Position numbers and translations under genes: made by a program. Source: an uncultured Lachnospiraceae bacterium (GTDB lineage: Bacteria > Bacillota > Clostridia > Lachnospirales > Lachnospiraceae). From it: a stretch of 64,000 bases of DNA. The stretch is from the NCBI GenBank assembly GCA_902779575.1, contig CACZBW010000020.1, positions 24 to 64,023 of the forward strand. Direction: 5' to 3'. Positions 35,349 to 45,468 of this stretch are shown here, one piece after another. How positions within the stretch are numbered: position 1 is the stretch's first letter; each line of letters begins with the position of its first letter. A model generated the notes under the pieces. It was given only the letters and a program-made list of their open reading frames with translations. It did no database searches and was not told where the DNA came from.

Positions 35349-37307
35349 TTATTGTACGGATGCGCCGATCCAGACCAGCATTTCTCCCACCCCGCGGTTA
35401 TTCCAGTATGGATAGGGAACTGCCGTGAAGCTGACAGCCTTTTTCTCCGGCGGTATTTCAGAATACAGCGGGCTGTCCGTGTCAGTTTCATCACTGCTGC
35501 GGACCAGCCTGGTTCCCTTTCCGCGGACTATCTTGCATCCCCCGAACAGATCCGAGTCTTCCACCGTCAGCGGAGCCTGAATATCCGCAGTGATCTCCTG
35601 CAGACGCGCTCCGTTGTCGCATTCCTCCAGGCAGTAGACCAGAGGGCCGCGCATAACAGCCGTCTTCCCGATATCCGCCCTGACATTGCTGTTGGCGAAA
35701 ACATAACGGGCAGGCATGTCAAAAGCGGCTTCAAGCTCCGTATCTGTATCCAGGTGAATCTTCCGGTAACCTTTTCCGTCATCTTCTCCTGCCTGGCCGG
35801 CTCCTTTGTCAGGTACCGTCAGCGAGAAATTACGGGCGTATTCCGGAATCCGGACATACAGGTCCATACCGCCTTCCGGCAGTTCTGTCACCCGGATCAG
35901 GACTTTGCCTTCATAGGGGAAGCGGGTCTGCACATTCACCCTGGCGCTGCCGGCTTCGAAGGGGATCGAACTTTCATTGGAAACGAAGAGGTTCACATAC
36001 AGGGCCGGATTCTTCAGATCCACGGAATAGATATACTGGCCGAGAGAAGCCAGGGTTCTGGCAATGTTGGGCGGGCAGCATGCCACGCCGAACCATTTCT
36101 GACGGACATTTTTCACATGGCTCATGGAAGTGGCCGGCAGGCAGGCCGGAGGCCAGACCTCCAGGGGATTTACATAGAAGAAACTCTTTCCGTCCAGCGC
36201 AATTCCTGCAAGCACAGTATTATAAAGGGCTTTCTCCACAACATCCATATATCCGGCTTCTCTGCTGATCTGGTTCATGCGCAGCCCGAACATGGCAAGG
36301 CCGACAGAAGCGCAGCTCTCACAGTAACCGCTGTTATTGGGCAGGTCATAGTCCGTGGTAAAGCGCTCCAGATGACCGGAGGAGCCGATTCCGCCCGTAA
36401 GATACACGCGTTTTTTCACGATATTATCCCAGAGAATCTCACAGGCTCTTTTCAGGCTTTCATCTTCACAGGCTTCAGCCAGGTCCGCCATGGCGCTGTA
36501 AAGATACATGGCGCGCACCGCATGTCCTTCCGCTGTCTTCTGTTCCCGGACAGGCAGATGGGACTGGGAATACTCCGGAGAATAATCCCTGAACTCCGGA
36601 AAGATCCGCTTAAAGCCGGGACGTGCCAGCTCCTTCATGAAATAGTTTTCCCCCACGCCGCGGGCGTCAATAAAATACTTTGCCTGCTCCAGATATTTCT
36701 CTTCTCCTGTCACCTGGTAAAGCTTGATCAGGCCGATCTCGACCTCTTCATGGCCGGGATACCCGTGAATCTTACCTTCCTCTGCTCCGAATGTATCGAT
36801 GATCAGGTCCGCAAAGCGGCACATGCAGTCAAGGAATTTTCTTTTTCCGGTCCCGAGATAATAGGCGACGGAAGCCTCCATCAGATGGCCGGCGGTATAC
36901 AGTTCGTGCCCCTCGCACAGATCGCTCCATCTTCCTTCCGGATTCGTCAGGGTATAGAAGGTATTGATATATCCGTCGCCGCACTGGGCTTCCGCGATCA
37001 GATCGATCACTTCGTCGGCTGTTTTTTCCAGCTCTTCATCCTTATAATCCGCCAGGGTAAATCCGACCGCTTCCAGCCATTTGGCTGCATCGGTATCCTG
37101 GAAAGGCGCCCCGTAAAAAGTCCCGGAGGACCTGCCGGCGGCGATCCGGAAGTTTTCCAGGCAGTGGCTGGGCTCGGCATCGCCGATCCTGTCATTGATG
37201 GCGTCCCACTGATAGGGAATAATCGCTTTCCGCACCAGATCAACATGTTTGGACCAGAAGGGATCCCGGATAGAGACAGTTCCCGGGTTCAGCGATTGCA
37301 GTCTCAT
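35349..37307 (-). CDS. Glycoside hydrolase family 127-like (DUF1680, beta-L-arabinofuranosidase type)
   Basis: About 650 aa. Family assignment is by overall sequence recognition (FWSKHVDLVRKAIIPYQWDAINDR..., Cys-rich C-terminal half). The start could be 37319. Confidence 0.75.
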   Translation of the reverse strand: MRLQSLNPGTVSIRDPFWSKHVDLVRKAIIPYQWDAINDRIGDAEPSHCLENFRIAAGRSSGTFYGAPFQDTDAAKWLEAVGFTLADYKDEELEKTADEVIDLIAEAQCGDGYINTFYTLTNPEGRWSDLCEGHELYTAGHLMEASVAYYLGTGKRKFLDCMCRFADLIIDTFGAEEGKIHGYPGHEEVEIGLIKLYQVTGEEKYLEQAKYFIDARGVGENYFMKELARPGFKRIFPEFRDYSPEYSQSHLPVREQKTAEGHAVRAMYLYSAMADLAEACEDESLKRACEILWDNIVKKRVYLTGGIGSSGHLERFTTDYDLPNNSGYCESCASVGLAMFGLRMNQISREAGYMDVVEKALYNTVLAGIALDGKSFFYVNPLEVWPPACLPATSMSHVKNVRQKWFGVACCPPNIARTLASLGQYIYSVDLKNPALYVNLFVSNESSIPFEAGSARVNVQTRFPYEGKVLIRVTELPEGGMDLYVRIPEYARNFSLTVPDKGAGQAGEDDGKGYRKIHLDTDTELEAAFDMPARYVFANSNVRADIGKTAVMRGPLVYCLEECDNGARLQEITADIQAPLTVEDSDLFGGCKIVRGKGTRLVRSSDETDTDSPLYSEIPPEKKAVSFTAVPYPYWNNRGVGEMLVWIGASVQ

Positions 37308-37449
37308 ATGAATCTCCATTCCGTCGCCGGTTAAAGGCGGCAATTTTGATTTGAGCGGGGCTGCCGCACAGCCGCATGGGCAGCAGCCCCCTGCGCCGGT
37401 GTGACAACCCCGCCCCATTTTCTGCCCTCACGAAGAAAGAGCCACTGTT

Positions 37450-39303
37450 TCAGCGATACACAAGCGGAAAATATACGGAGTAGGGCTGGTATCCCACTTC
37501 ATAAAGGGGGATGAAGCGAATTCCGCGTTCCTGCCCCACAGTCTTATAAGTATGCTTCCAGGCCGCCCATTCGCGCTCATTGTCCGCAGCCAGAATTTTT
37601 TCCGGCTCCTGACCGGATACATAGAGGGTTCTCTCTTCATCACAGAGTCCGGCCAGGACGACCGGTCCGTCAAGAAAGGCAGCCATACGTTCATCACCCG
37701 GGAGCGTCTCTATTGTGATCGCCTTCCGGAACTCCAGGCGAATCCGGCTTTCCGGACCGCTGATCTTCAGCTCCGCGAAACTGCCGGGCGTCCATTCTCC
37801 TTCCGCCGGCTTGCCGTCTATTACAATGGAAGTTCCCTTTGTCCATCCGGGAATGCGGACCTTCAGGGTCAGTCCGTCCCCTGCGCCGCTCACGTTCAGT
37901 TCCACGGCAAGTTTCCGCGGATCAGCCGTTATGACCGGGCATACGTTATTGATCCGCTGCACACCGGAAGCGCCGGGTTCATTTCCGTTCTGCCTGTCGG
38001 TCATCTGGCGGATCATTAATCCCCCGTCTTCGGAACGAAACTCGGAATCAAAATACTGGCAGACGCACACTTCTCCCTCACGGGTATAGTAAATGGCGTT
38101 ATTCAGCGCCGCGTTTGCCTGTACAAGCGTTCCGTGACAGCAGAAGAAATCGTTGGTCTTTGTTGCCCAGCCTTTTCTGGCCCCCGCCCTCATGGGAAGG
38201 AAATAAGTAAGCAGCCCTTCATCCGGAAGGCCTTCATTATACTGGAAGCCATGCGTAAAGCTGCCTTTCCAGTAGCCCTGGGCCATGATGCCGTTATAAA
38301 GGTTTTTCTCCCAGTAATCCATGAAAGCGCAGTCACCGGTCTCACGGAAAAGGAAGTCCGCCAGGCGCATCATATTGTAAACGGTGCAGTGCTCCTGATT
38401 CTTATCTCCCAGGCGGGCCGCAAGCTGTCCGTCCGGAGACCAGATCTCGCCGCAGGTCTGTCCGCCCGTGGCATAACTGCCCTTGCGGGTGACAGCCGCT
38501 TCCCAGTAGCGTTTTACGATCTCCAGCATCTTTTCCTCGCCGGTCGCCCCGTACCAGGCAGCCGCTCCGAGAACTTCCGGAATGGTCGTATTCGCATGCA
38601 TATTGGTCAGGACATCCCTGCCTTCCAGAAGGCCGTCGAAGAGGCTTTCCCTGTAATACCGGTCCATCAGTTCCCGGAACATTTCCTTTCCGGTCAGGCG
38701 GTACAGAATTGCCCAGATCTCCAGCATTCCGCCGGTTTCCACATCCAGAATCTTCTGAAAATGTTCTCTGGAAAAACGTCCGCTCCATTCATAAAACCAC
38801 TCCGCGAAATGAACCGCCACATCCAGCGCTTTTGTATATCCGGCCTTCTGCGCCATATCAAGCAGGCCCATGAAAGTCTTGTGTACCGTATACTGCGGCG
38901 CCCAGACTTTTTTCCCGATGGTAATCCAGGTCATGTATTTTTCCGGGATGGATCCGGCCCATTTCCCGCCGTTCTCTTCCTGGCATTTCGCCAGGATATC
39001 AACGATCTGCTCCGCCTTCGCCAGAACCAGCTTATCTCCCGTCGCCTCGTAGTGCATGGCGGCGGCAGAAAGCCAGTGCCCCAGGAAATGGCCCCGCAGT
39101 TCACAGAGCGGGAATTCCCATCCGCCGTGAATCTGCGTCTGGGTCTCCGAGGTCTTATACAGGCCGGCTTCCATCAGATAAGAGAGCGTCAGGTTCTCCG
39201 TCTTCAGCTCCATCATATAATCCAGGTTAGCTTTTCTGCGCCGAAGAAGCTCTTCATCCTGCAGAACTACAGACTGCCCATGCTGCATTTTCCAGTATGC
39301 CAT
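37450..39303 (-). CDS. Second DUF1680/GH127-like glycoside hydrolase
   Basis: Start at MAYWKMQ (GAGGAGG RBS). ELRGHFLGHWLSAAA and HKTFMGLLD blocks typical of the family. Confidence 0.75.
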   Translation of the reverse strand: MAYWKMQHGQSVVLQDEELLRRRKANLDYMMELKTENLTLSYLMEAGLYKTSETQTQIHGGWEFPLCELRGHFLGHWLSAAAMHYEATGDKLVLAKAEQIVDILAKCQEENGGKWAGSIPEKYMTWITIGKKVWAPQYTVHKTFMGLLDMAQKAGYTKALDVAVHFAEWFYEWSGRFSREHFQKILDVETGGMLEIWAILYRLTGKEMFRELMDRYYRESLFDGLLEGRDVLTNMHANTTIPEVLGAAAWYGATGEEKMLEIVKRYWEAAVTRKGSYATGGQTCGEIWSPDGQLAARLGDKNQEHCTVYNMMRLADFLFRETGDCAFMDYWEKNLYNGIMAQGYWKGSFTHGFQYNEGLPDEGLLTYFLPMRAGARKGWATKTNDFFCCHGTLVQANAALNNAIYYTREGEVCVCQYFDSEFRSEDGGLMIRQMTDRQNGNEPGASGVQRINNVCPVITADPRKLAVELNVSGAGDGLTLKVRIPGWTKGTSIVIDGKPAEGEWTPGSFAELKISGPESRIRLEFRKAITIETLPGDERMAAFLDGPVVLAGLCDEERTLYVSGQEPEKILAADNEREWAAWKHTYKTVGQERGIRFIPLYEVGYQPYSVYFPLVYR

Positions 39304-39382
39304 AATTTCCTCCTCTTTCTGCCTCATGCCGGGTTCAGACAGCTGCCGTCTTTCAATCATTCTTTTTGATCTGTCTTTCTGA

Positions 39383-40216
39383 TCAGTCTTTCAGGCCGGA
39401 CATCATAACGCCCTTTACAAACGCGTCCTGGGCAAACAGGAAGGCGATCAGAACCGGGAGGACCGCGATCACGGAAGCGGCCATCAGCACAGGCCAGTCG
39501 GTCGAATACATGCCCTTCATCCGGGCCAGGCCCAGCGGAAGCGTATACTTTCTGTCATTGTTGAGATAAATCAGCGGTGTGAAGTAGTCATTCCAGACAT
39601 TCATAAAACAGAAGATACACAGGGTCGCGATGGTCGACTTGGCCAGCGGCAGGGCAATCCGGAAGAAAATCATCAACGGATTGCAGCCGTCAATCTTGGC
39701 CGCGTCAATCAGCTCGCTTGGCACGGTTATGAAGAACTGCCTCATCAGGAAGGTTCCGAAAGCCGATACGGACGCCGGCAGCATCAGGGACCAGAGTGTG
39801 TTGACCAGACCGTACCGGGACATCTGCAGGTAGTTGGTGATAACAGTCACGTGGAAGGGAATCATCATCGTGCCGAGATAAAGCAGGAAGATCTTGTCTC
39901 TCCCCGGGAAATTCAGTTTTGCGAACACAAAACCCGCCGAGGCTGAAGTCATCACCTGGAAAAATACGACCCAGACCGAAACTTTCACACTGTTCATGAA
40001 ATAATTGAAATAGTTAAAGCGGCCTGAAATATGCGTATAATTCTCCCACACCAGTCTCTCGCCGAAGAGTTTGGGAGGAAAGACGAAGACTTCGCCCAGG
40101 CTTTTCAGGGAAGACGAAAGCATCCAGAAGAAGGGAACCAGCATGGTAAAGGCTCCGATGATCAGGATAACATGCGCGATAATCTGAACAGCCAGATACT
40201 TTTTATTCTTGCCCAT
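39383..40216 (-). CDS. Carbohydrate ABC transporter permease
   Basis: 277 aa. EAA-loop DAAKIDGCNPLMIFFRIALP. Confidence 0.9.
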   Translation of the reverse strand: MGKNKKYLAVQIIAHVILIIGAFTMLVPFFWMLSSSLKSLGEVFVFPPKLFGERLVWENYTHISGRFNYFNYFMNSVKVSVWVVFFQVMTSASAGFVFAKLNFPGRDKIFLLYLGTMMIPFHVTVITNYLQMSRYGLVNTLWSLMLPASVSAFGTFLMRQFFITVPSELIDAAKIDGCNPLMIFFRIALPLAKSTIATLCIFCFMNVWNDYFTPLIYLNNDRKYTLPLGLARMKGMYSTDWPVLMAASVIAVLPVLIAFLFAQDAFVKGVMMSGLKD

Positions 40217-40228
40217 ACTCTCTCCTCC

Positions 40229-41122
40229 TCAATAGACATCCCGCATCTTCTTCTCCATCCTCATATTGAAGATTGTAATTGCCATGATGATGAAGAAAAG
40301 CAGATAAGCGATCGCGCACGCATAGCCCAGTTTAAAGTACTGGAAAGCGTTCTGGTACAGGTAATGGACCAGCACGGAAGAGGACCGGCCGGGTCCGCCC
40401 TCCGTCATCAGCATGACCTGGTCGAACACCTGGAAAGAACCGATCACGGCCATGACAAAGATAAAGAAGGTAGTGGGGGTGAGCAGCGGAAGTGTTATAT
40501 AGCGAAACTGCTGCCAGGTCCCTGCCCCGTCCAGTTTCGCGGCTTCGTAATAACTGGTGGAGATGCCCTGCAGACCGGACAGGAAAATGATCATATTATA
40601 TCCGGCATTTTTCCAGATACCTACTATGGCAAGGGAAAGGAGCGACGTATGCGCGTTCAGCAGCCATTTGGGTCCCTTGATTCCGAACAGGGAAAGAAAA
40701 TAGTTGATCAGTCCGAATTCCGGATTGTAAAGCCATTGCCAGACGATGGCGACAACGACCATGGAAGTAATGGAGGGCAGAAAGAAAGCCGCCCTGTAAA
40801 ATCTCCGGAAGGCGATTTTCTGGTCGAGCATGACCGCCAGCACAAGGGAAATGGCCATTCCGACCGGCACGGTGATCAATGTATAGATCAGCGTATTGCG
40901 CGTAACCTGCCAGACGATCGGGTCATGGAACATGGTAATATAGTTTGTAAGGCCGATGAATTTGGGGGGTGTCAGCATATCGTACTTGAAAAAGCTGATC
41001 ACAAAAGTTGCCACGACCGGCACAAGCATGAACATGAAAAAGCCGATAATGTTCGGAGCCAGCATCAGCCATGCCCATCTGGAATCATCCTTGAGCTTTC
41101 CCGCTTTTTTACTTCCTCTCAA
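40229..41122 (-). CDS. Carbohydrate ABC transporter permease
   Basis: EAA-loop EAAKLDGAGTWQQFRYITLP. Start set at TTG 41122, 9 nt after GGAGAGGAGG. ATG 41215 is the less likely start. Confidence 0.85.
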   Translation of the reverse strand: MRGSKKAGKLKDDSRWAWLMLAPNIIGFFMFMLVPVVATFVISFFKYDMLTPPKFIGLTNYITMFHDPIVWQVTRNTLIYTLITVPVGMAISLVLAVMLDQKIAFRRFYRAAFFLPSITSMVVVAIVWQWLYNPEFGLINYFLSLFGIKGPKWLLNAHTSLLSLAIVGIWKNAGYNMIIFLSGLQGISTSYYEAAKLDGAGTWQQFRYITLPLLTPTTFFIFVMAVIGSFQVFDQVMLMTEGGPGRSSSVLVHYLYQNAFQYFKLGYACAIAYLLFFIIMAITIFNMRMEKKMRDVY

Positions 41123-41287
41123 AACGAAGAACCTCCTCTCCTGCCTGCCGGCAGGCCGGCCGGCGCGTCCTTCTGTTATAAATGCACCCTGCACGGACAG
41201 GCGTGCGGGGTGCATCCATCTTTTCGTCAGATACTATTGGTCCCCGGCTTCAGGGATCTCTCCGTCTGTTTTATAAACAGCTGATTT

Positions 41288-42583
41288 TTACTCAGCCATG
41301 GCATCCTTGATGGCCGCGTTGATTCTGCTGTCGATGTTGGCCAGAGTCGTGTCGATATCCTGATCCATCTTGAAGTACATATCAGACTCCTCCATCAGGA
41401 TGTCTCTCGCCTGGGCAGATTTCTGAAGGGCGGCAGGATCGACCTTCGCGTTCATGAAATAGTCAAGCATCGGTCTGTAGCTGTCGCCGTGTACGCTCTC
41501 ATCGTACCAGCCTTCCAGCTGCTCGCCTTCATACATGGAATAACGGTTGGGCATCCACAGTCCGGATTTGCACAGAGCACCCTGATAATCCATGCCGGAG
41601 AGGAACTGCAGGAACTGCCATGCCTCCTCGGGATGAGCTGTAGTGGAAGAGATGCAGTGCAGATGTGCCTGACCTGTGGTAAGGACTTCACCATAGGAGG
41701 GCAGCGGAGCCATTCCGATGTTCATGCCGGAAGCAGCCAGCTCCTGAAGCGCCCAGGAACCGTCGCACAGCATCGCAACTTTACCGGTCTCAAGCATCTG
41801 AGCGGCGGACATACCTACCGCGTCCAGGGTAGTGGCGTCCGGAGCGGAGCCGTCTTCTACACGGATCGCTTTGATGGTCTCGAATACTTCCTTGCTCTCG
41901 GGGGAATTAATGATACTCTCGGTAAAATCTTCGTTGTATCTTGCCCCGCCGTTGGAGAGCAGCTGGGCATTGAGGGTATCCTGAACGGTCTCAAGACCAT
42001 AGATGCCGTAAACATCTTCAGTGGTCAGGGACTTTGCTACCTCACGGAACTCATCGATGGTCCAGCACTCAGCAGGATCGGAGCTGGGATAAGGAACGCC
42101 TGCCGCATCGAATACGTCCTTGTTGTAGTAGATGATCGGGGAGACCGTGCAGGAGGAAATTCCATATACATGGCCGTCGATATCCATGATTGTACGTGAA
42201 GATTCAATGAAGTCATCAAAGGAATAGTTGGAGTCGAACATATCGGTCAGCTCCATCAGAGCGCCTGCGCCTGCAATCTGGCGATAGGACTCGGCAGCTA
42301 CGAACATGACATCCGGAAGAGCTCCTGCAGCTGCAGAGGTGAGGATCTTTGCGTTGTACTCGGCACCTGCAAGACCCGGGGTATATGTAACTTTGATGTT
42401 GGGATACTCTGCTTCAAAAGCAGCGATACCATCTTCGACTGCCTTCGTCTCAAGAGGAGAAGCTTCCCATCCCATGAAGGTAAGTTCTACTGTTTCTTCC
42501 GCATGTACCATCGTACCCATGCTCATTGCCGAGAGTACCATGGCGGCCGCCATTACCTTGGAAATCATCTTTTTCAGTTTCAT
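41288..42583 (-). CDS. ABC transporter extracellular sugar-binding protein
   Basis: Start at MKLKKMISKVMAAAMVLSAMSMG (signal peptide, GGGAGG RBS). About 430 aa. Confidence 0.9.
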   Translation of the reverse strand: MKLKKMISKVMAAAMVLSAMSMGTMVHAEETVELTFMGWEASPLETKAVEDGIAAFEAEYPNIKVTYTPGLAGAEYNAKILTSAAAGALPDVMFVAAESYRQIAGAGALMELTDMFDSNYSFDDFIESSRTIMDIDGHVYGISSCTVSPIIYYNKDVFDAAGVPYPSSDPAECWTIDEFREVAKSLTTEDVYGIYGLETVQDTLNAQLLSNGGARYNEDFTESIINSPESKEVFETIKAIRVEDGSAPDATTLDAVGMSAAQMLETGKVAMLCDGSWALQELAASGMNIGMAPLPSYGEVLTTGQAHLHCISSTTAHPEEAWQFLQFLSGMDYQGALCKSGLWMPNRYSMYEGEQLEGWYDESVHGDSYRPMLDYFMNAKVDPAALQKSAQARDILMEESDMYFKMDQDIDTTLANIDSRINAAIKDAMAE

Positions 42584-42725
42584 ACTTTTACCTCCCGTCG
42601 CTTTTTTATTAGTTGGCTTCGACCCGTTCCATATGCTTGCATGCATTGGAAATCACCTTTATAATAGGTTTCGTGGAGCGAGTGTGACAACTCACATTTT
42701 GAAAGAAGAGGTGGGTAAATCACAG

Positions 42726-43649
42726 ATGTTGTACTGTACCTATCAGGCCAGATATCCGGTCGAGTACCTGAGCAGCGGAAACTTGGTCAGCAGTGACGGT
42801 TTCCTTCACGCCCGCAGAAATATCGACTCTTTCGTCCTGATCATCGTAAGGGAAGGGACCCTGCATATCACACAGAATGAAGTTCCGTTTTCTGTGGGAC
42901 CCAATCAGTCCATTCTCCTGATCCCCGATGTGACCCATTACGGACATCAGCCCAGCAGCGGCCCTCTTTCTTATTACTGGACCCATTTTTACATCACGGA
43001 TCCGGACTGGCGCGTTTACAATCATAACGCCCTGCTGCGCTATAACGAAACCGCCCGGCAGCTCTTCTCCCGGCAGCCGGTTCCCGGCCTGAACCAGGTC
43101 TCGGACGAAACCATCATCCTGCCGGAATACTTCCATCTGCCGCCGGAAAAGCGTTCCTTTATCCTCTTTGCCCAGCTTCTGGATCTTGCCCGCCGGGCCA
43201 ATTACCAGCGCAACTGGCGGACACATTACGCTTTGAACCTTCTCCTGACAGCATTCTACGCGGACTATGTCGACTATGAATTCAGCCGGAACGATCAGTT
43301 TCCGCCGGTTATCAAGGAAACGATCGAATGGATCCGGACGCATTACGACACTCCCCTCTCCGTCCGGAATCTGTCGGAAAAACTTGGATATCACCCCACT
43401 TACCTCACGTCTCTTCTCAAAAAACACACGGGGTATACCATCAAAGGCCTGCTCAATTACTACCGGATTGACGCCGCCAAGAACCTCCTGTGCACCTCAC
43501 CGAGCGCCTCCTACAGTGTAAAACGCATTGCCTCCATCTGCGGTTTTGTGGACGAGAAATATTTTATGCGCGTCTTCCGCACGCTGGAGGGCATGACCCC
43601 CTCCCAGTACAGAAACGCCTTCAACGAAAAGAAACTGGTGACCAAATAA
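42726..43649 (+). CDS. AraC-family transcriptional regulator
   Basis: Start at MLYCTYQ (ATG 42726). Cupin-like N-terminal half and C-terminal double HTH (...ICGFVDEKYFMRVFRTLEGMTPSQYR). The listed ORF from 42306 overlaps the binding-protein gene antisense. Confidence 0.85.
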   Translation: MLYCTYQARYPVEYLSSGNLVSSDGFLHARRNIDSFVLIIVREGTLHITQNEVPFSVGPNQSILLIPDVTHYGHQPSSGPLSYYWTHFYITDPDWRVYNHNALLRYNETARQLFSRQPVPGLNQVSDETIILPEYFHLPPEKRSFILFAQLLDLARRANYQRNWRTHYALNLLLTAFYADYVDYEFSRNDQFPPVIKETIEWIRTHYDTPLSVRNLSEKLGYHPTYLTSLLKKHTGYTIKGLLNYYRIDAAKNLLCTSPSASYSVKRIASICGFVDEKYFMRVFRTLEGMTPSQYRNAFNEKKLVTK

Positions 43650-43659
43650 AAGAAAAAAA

Positions 43660-43708
43660 CAGCAGATGCACAGAGGATCGTTTTCTGTACGCCTGCTGCT
43701 TTTATTTT
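43660..43708 (+). terminator. Terminator-like hairpin between convergent genes
   Basis: CAGCAG...CTGCTG outer stem with an imperfect inner stem, followed by CTTTTATTTT. Confidence 0.5.
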
Positions 43709-43775
43709 CCTGTGAGGAAATAGTTTACATCTTACTGAGCCTGCCAGGCTTCCGGCCTGTCCTGTCCGCCGCTTC

Positions 43776-45062
43776 TCAGCTCAATGGTACCGCTTCCCAC
43801 CCCAGCTGCTCCAGTCCGGCTTTCAGCTCATCAATATTCCTCTGGCTCAGATTGGGAATCTCTGACAGTTCTTTTCCCTGATCCAGATAATTCAGAATAT
43901 CTTCCACGGTTACCAGCCGGTTTGCTGTTAAAATATGGCAGCACCTTGCGGGAAGCTCCAGCTCATCCAGATGAACGGACAGCAGTTCTTTTGAGATACC
44001 CTGCCGTTTCCCTTTCAGTCCGGCCAGGGCATTTTCTACCAGGAACTGTTCCTTTCCGATATCCTTCGTCATTCCTGCAACATCTTCTTTACGAATAAGT
44101 GTCATCAGGTCTTCTGTCGGACTAGTCTCCGTAATAATTCGGTTTGCCTGATGCGCCACCGCAAATTCAAATAAATTCCGGGCTTCTCTGGCATTGGCAA
44201 AATCCTCCGGTTTCTCTTCTATCCGTTCCTGAAAATGGGTGAGCACATAGTCAAGAGCAGGCCTGGAAGCACGATATTTATTCTGACTGCAGAATAACTG
44301 GAATATCTTTGTCAGCTCCTGCGGAGTATAATCCCTGAAGCGGATAAATTTATTGAACCGGGATTTCAGGCCCGGATTGGCTCTGATAAAGCGTTCCATC
44401 GGTTCCGTATAACCGGCGGCGATCACGATCAGGTCGTCCCGATGATCTTCCATGCTTTTTACCAGCGTATCAATCGCTTCCAGACCATAGTCGTTGGAGG
44501 GGTTTTCCGGAGTCAGCGCATATGCTTCGTCGATAAAAAGTACCCCGCCAAGCGCCTGTTTTATTACATCCTGTACTTTGAGTGCAGTCTGTCCTACATA
44601 TCCGGCCACCATACCGGACCGGTCCACCTCCACCAGCTGTCCTTTGGAAAGAATGCCGATCTTATGATAGATTTCAGCCAGAAGTCTTGCCACTGTTGTT
44701 TTGCCGGTTCCGGGGTTTCCGGAAAACACCAGGTGCAGACTGATGGGCGGCATTTCCAGTCCCATTTTTTCACGAATATCGCGGATCCTTACCAGATTGA
44801 TCAGAGAGGTCACGTCATATTTCACCTCTTCCAGCCCGATCAGGCTGTTCAGATCATTCAGCAGTTCTTCCAGGGATTTTTCTCCGTCCTTTTTCTTCGT
44901 TCCGGAGCTTTTCTTTTTCCCGGTACCGGGCCTGTCAGGTTCAATAAACTGACTTCCCTTATCATATCCGGCAGATGCGGACAGATTATCCAGCAATTCC
45001 TGAATAATATACCCGGGCCAGATCAGGCATCGGCTTGTTTTCTCTGTCCATCTGTCCTCCAC
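43776..45062 (-). CDS. SpoVK/CbbX-type AAA+ ATPase with C-terminal RpoA alpha-CTD-like helix-hairpin-helix domain
   Basis: Walker A GNPGTGKT, Walker B VLFIDEAY. C-terminus LELPARCCHILTANRLVTVEDIL...IPNLSQRNIDELKAGLEQLG resembles RNA polymerase alpha CTD. Start uncertain because GTG 45062 has no SD. Confidence 0.8.
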   Translation of the reverse strand: MEDRWTEKTSRCLIWPGYIIQELLDNLSASAGYDKGSQFIEPDRPGTGKKKSSGTKKKDGEKSLEELLNDLNSLIGLEEVKYDVTSLINLVRIRDIREKMGLEMPPISLHLVFSGNPGTGKTTVARLLAEIYHKIGILSKGQLVEVDRSGMVAGYVGQTALKVQDVIKQALGGVLFIDEAYALTPENPSNDYGLEAIDTLVKSMEDHRDDLIVIAAGYTEPMERFIRANPGLKSRFNKFIRFRDYTPQELTKIFQLFCSQNKYRASRPALDYVLTHFQERIEEKPEDFANAREARNLFEFAVAHQANRIITETSPTEDLMTLIRKEDVAGMTKDIGKEQFLVENALAGLKGKRQGISKELLSVHLDELELPARCCHILTANRLVTVEDILNYLDQGKELSEIPNLSQRNIDELKAGLEQLGWEAVPLS

Positions 45063-45468
45063 TGGAAATACTCATTCGGATTTCTGAAATTATATGCTGT
45101 TTCGGAACTATTCCGCACGGCTGTTTCATATTTCACAAAAAACCGGTATTTCTGTTCACAGATCTGAAAATAATTATAATCTCCGTATATGCCTTTGGCA
45201 ACAGATTCAGATACGCCGCTGTCTCATTCCATCAAAGATTTACAGCGCAGCAATTGGACATTTCCCGGCAGAAGCGGTATGCTGTTTTTATAGACACTGC
45301 ACAGTTTCCAGAAGAATGCGGGCTTATCTTAAACCGCTTCCAGATAACCAGACGAGGCTGCCTGCAATGTGAAAAAACCGCTGCCCGTGCTCTGTCAGAC
45401 AGAGGGATGGGAAGCAGAAAACCAGGTCACGCATGGACATAATCACACTGGAACAGAAAGGACAGCAT

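Noticed and set aside
42306-42725. N-terminal 140-aa extension of the AraC ORF
   Set aside because: It runs antisense through the 5' end of the sugar-binding-protein gene and has a low-complexity composition. The AraC homology begins at ATG 42726.
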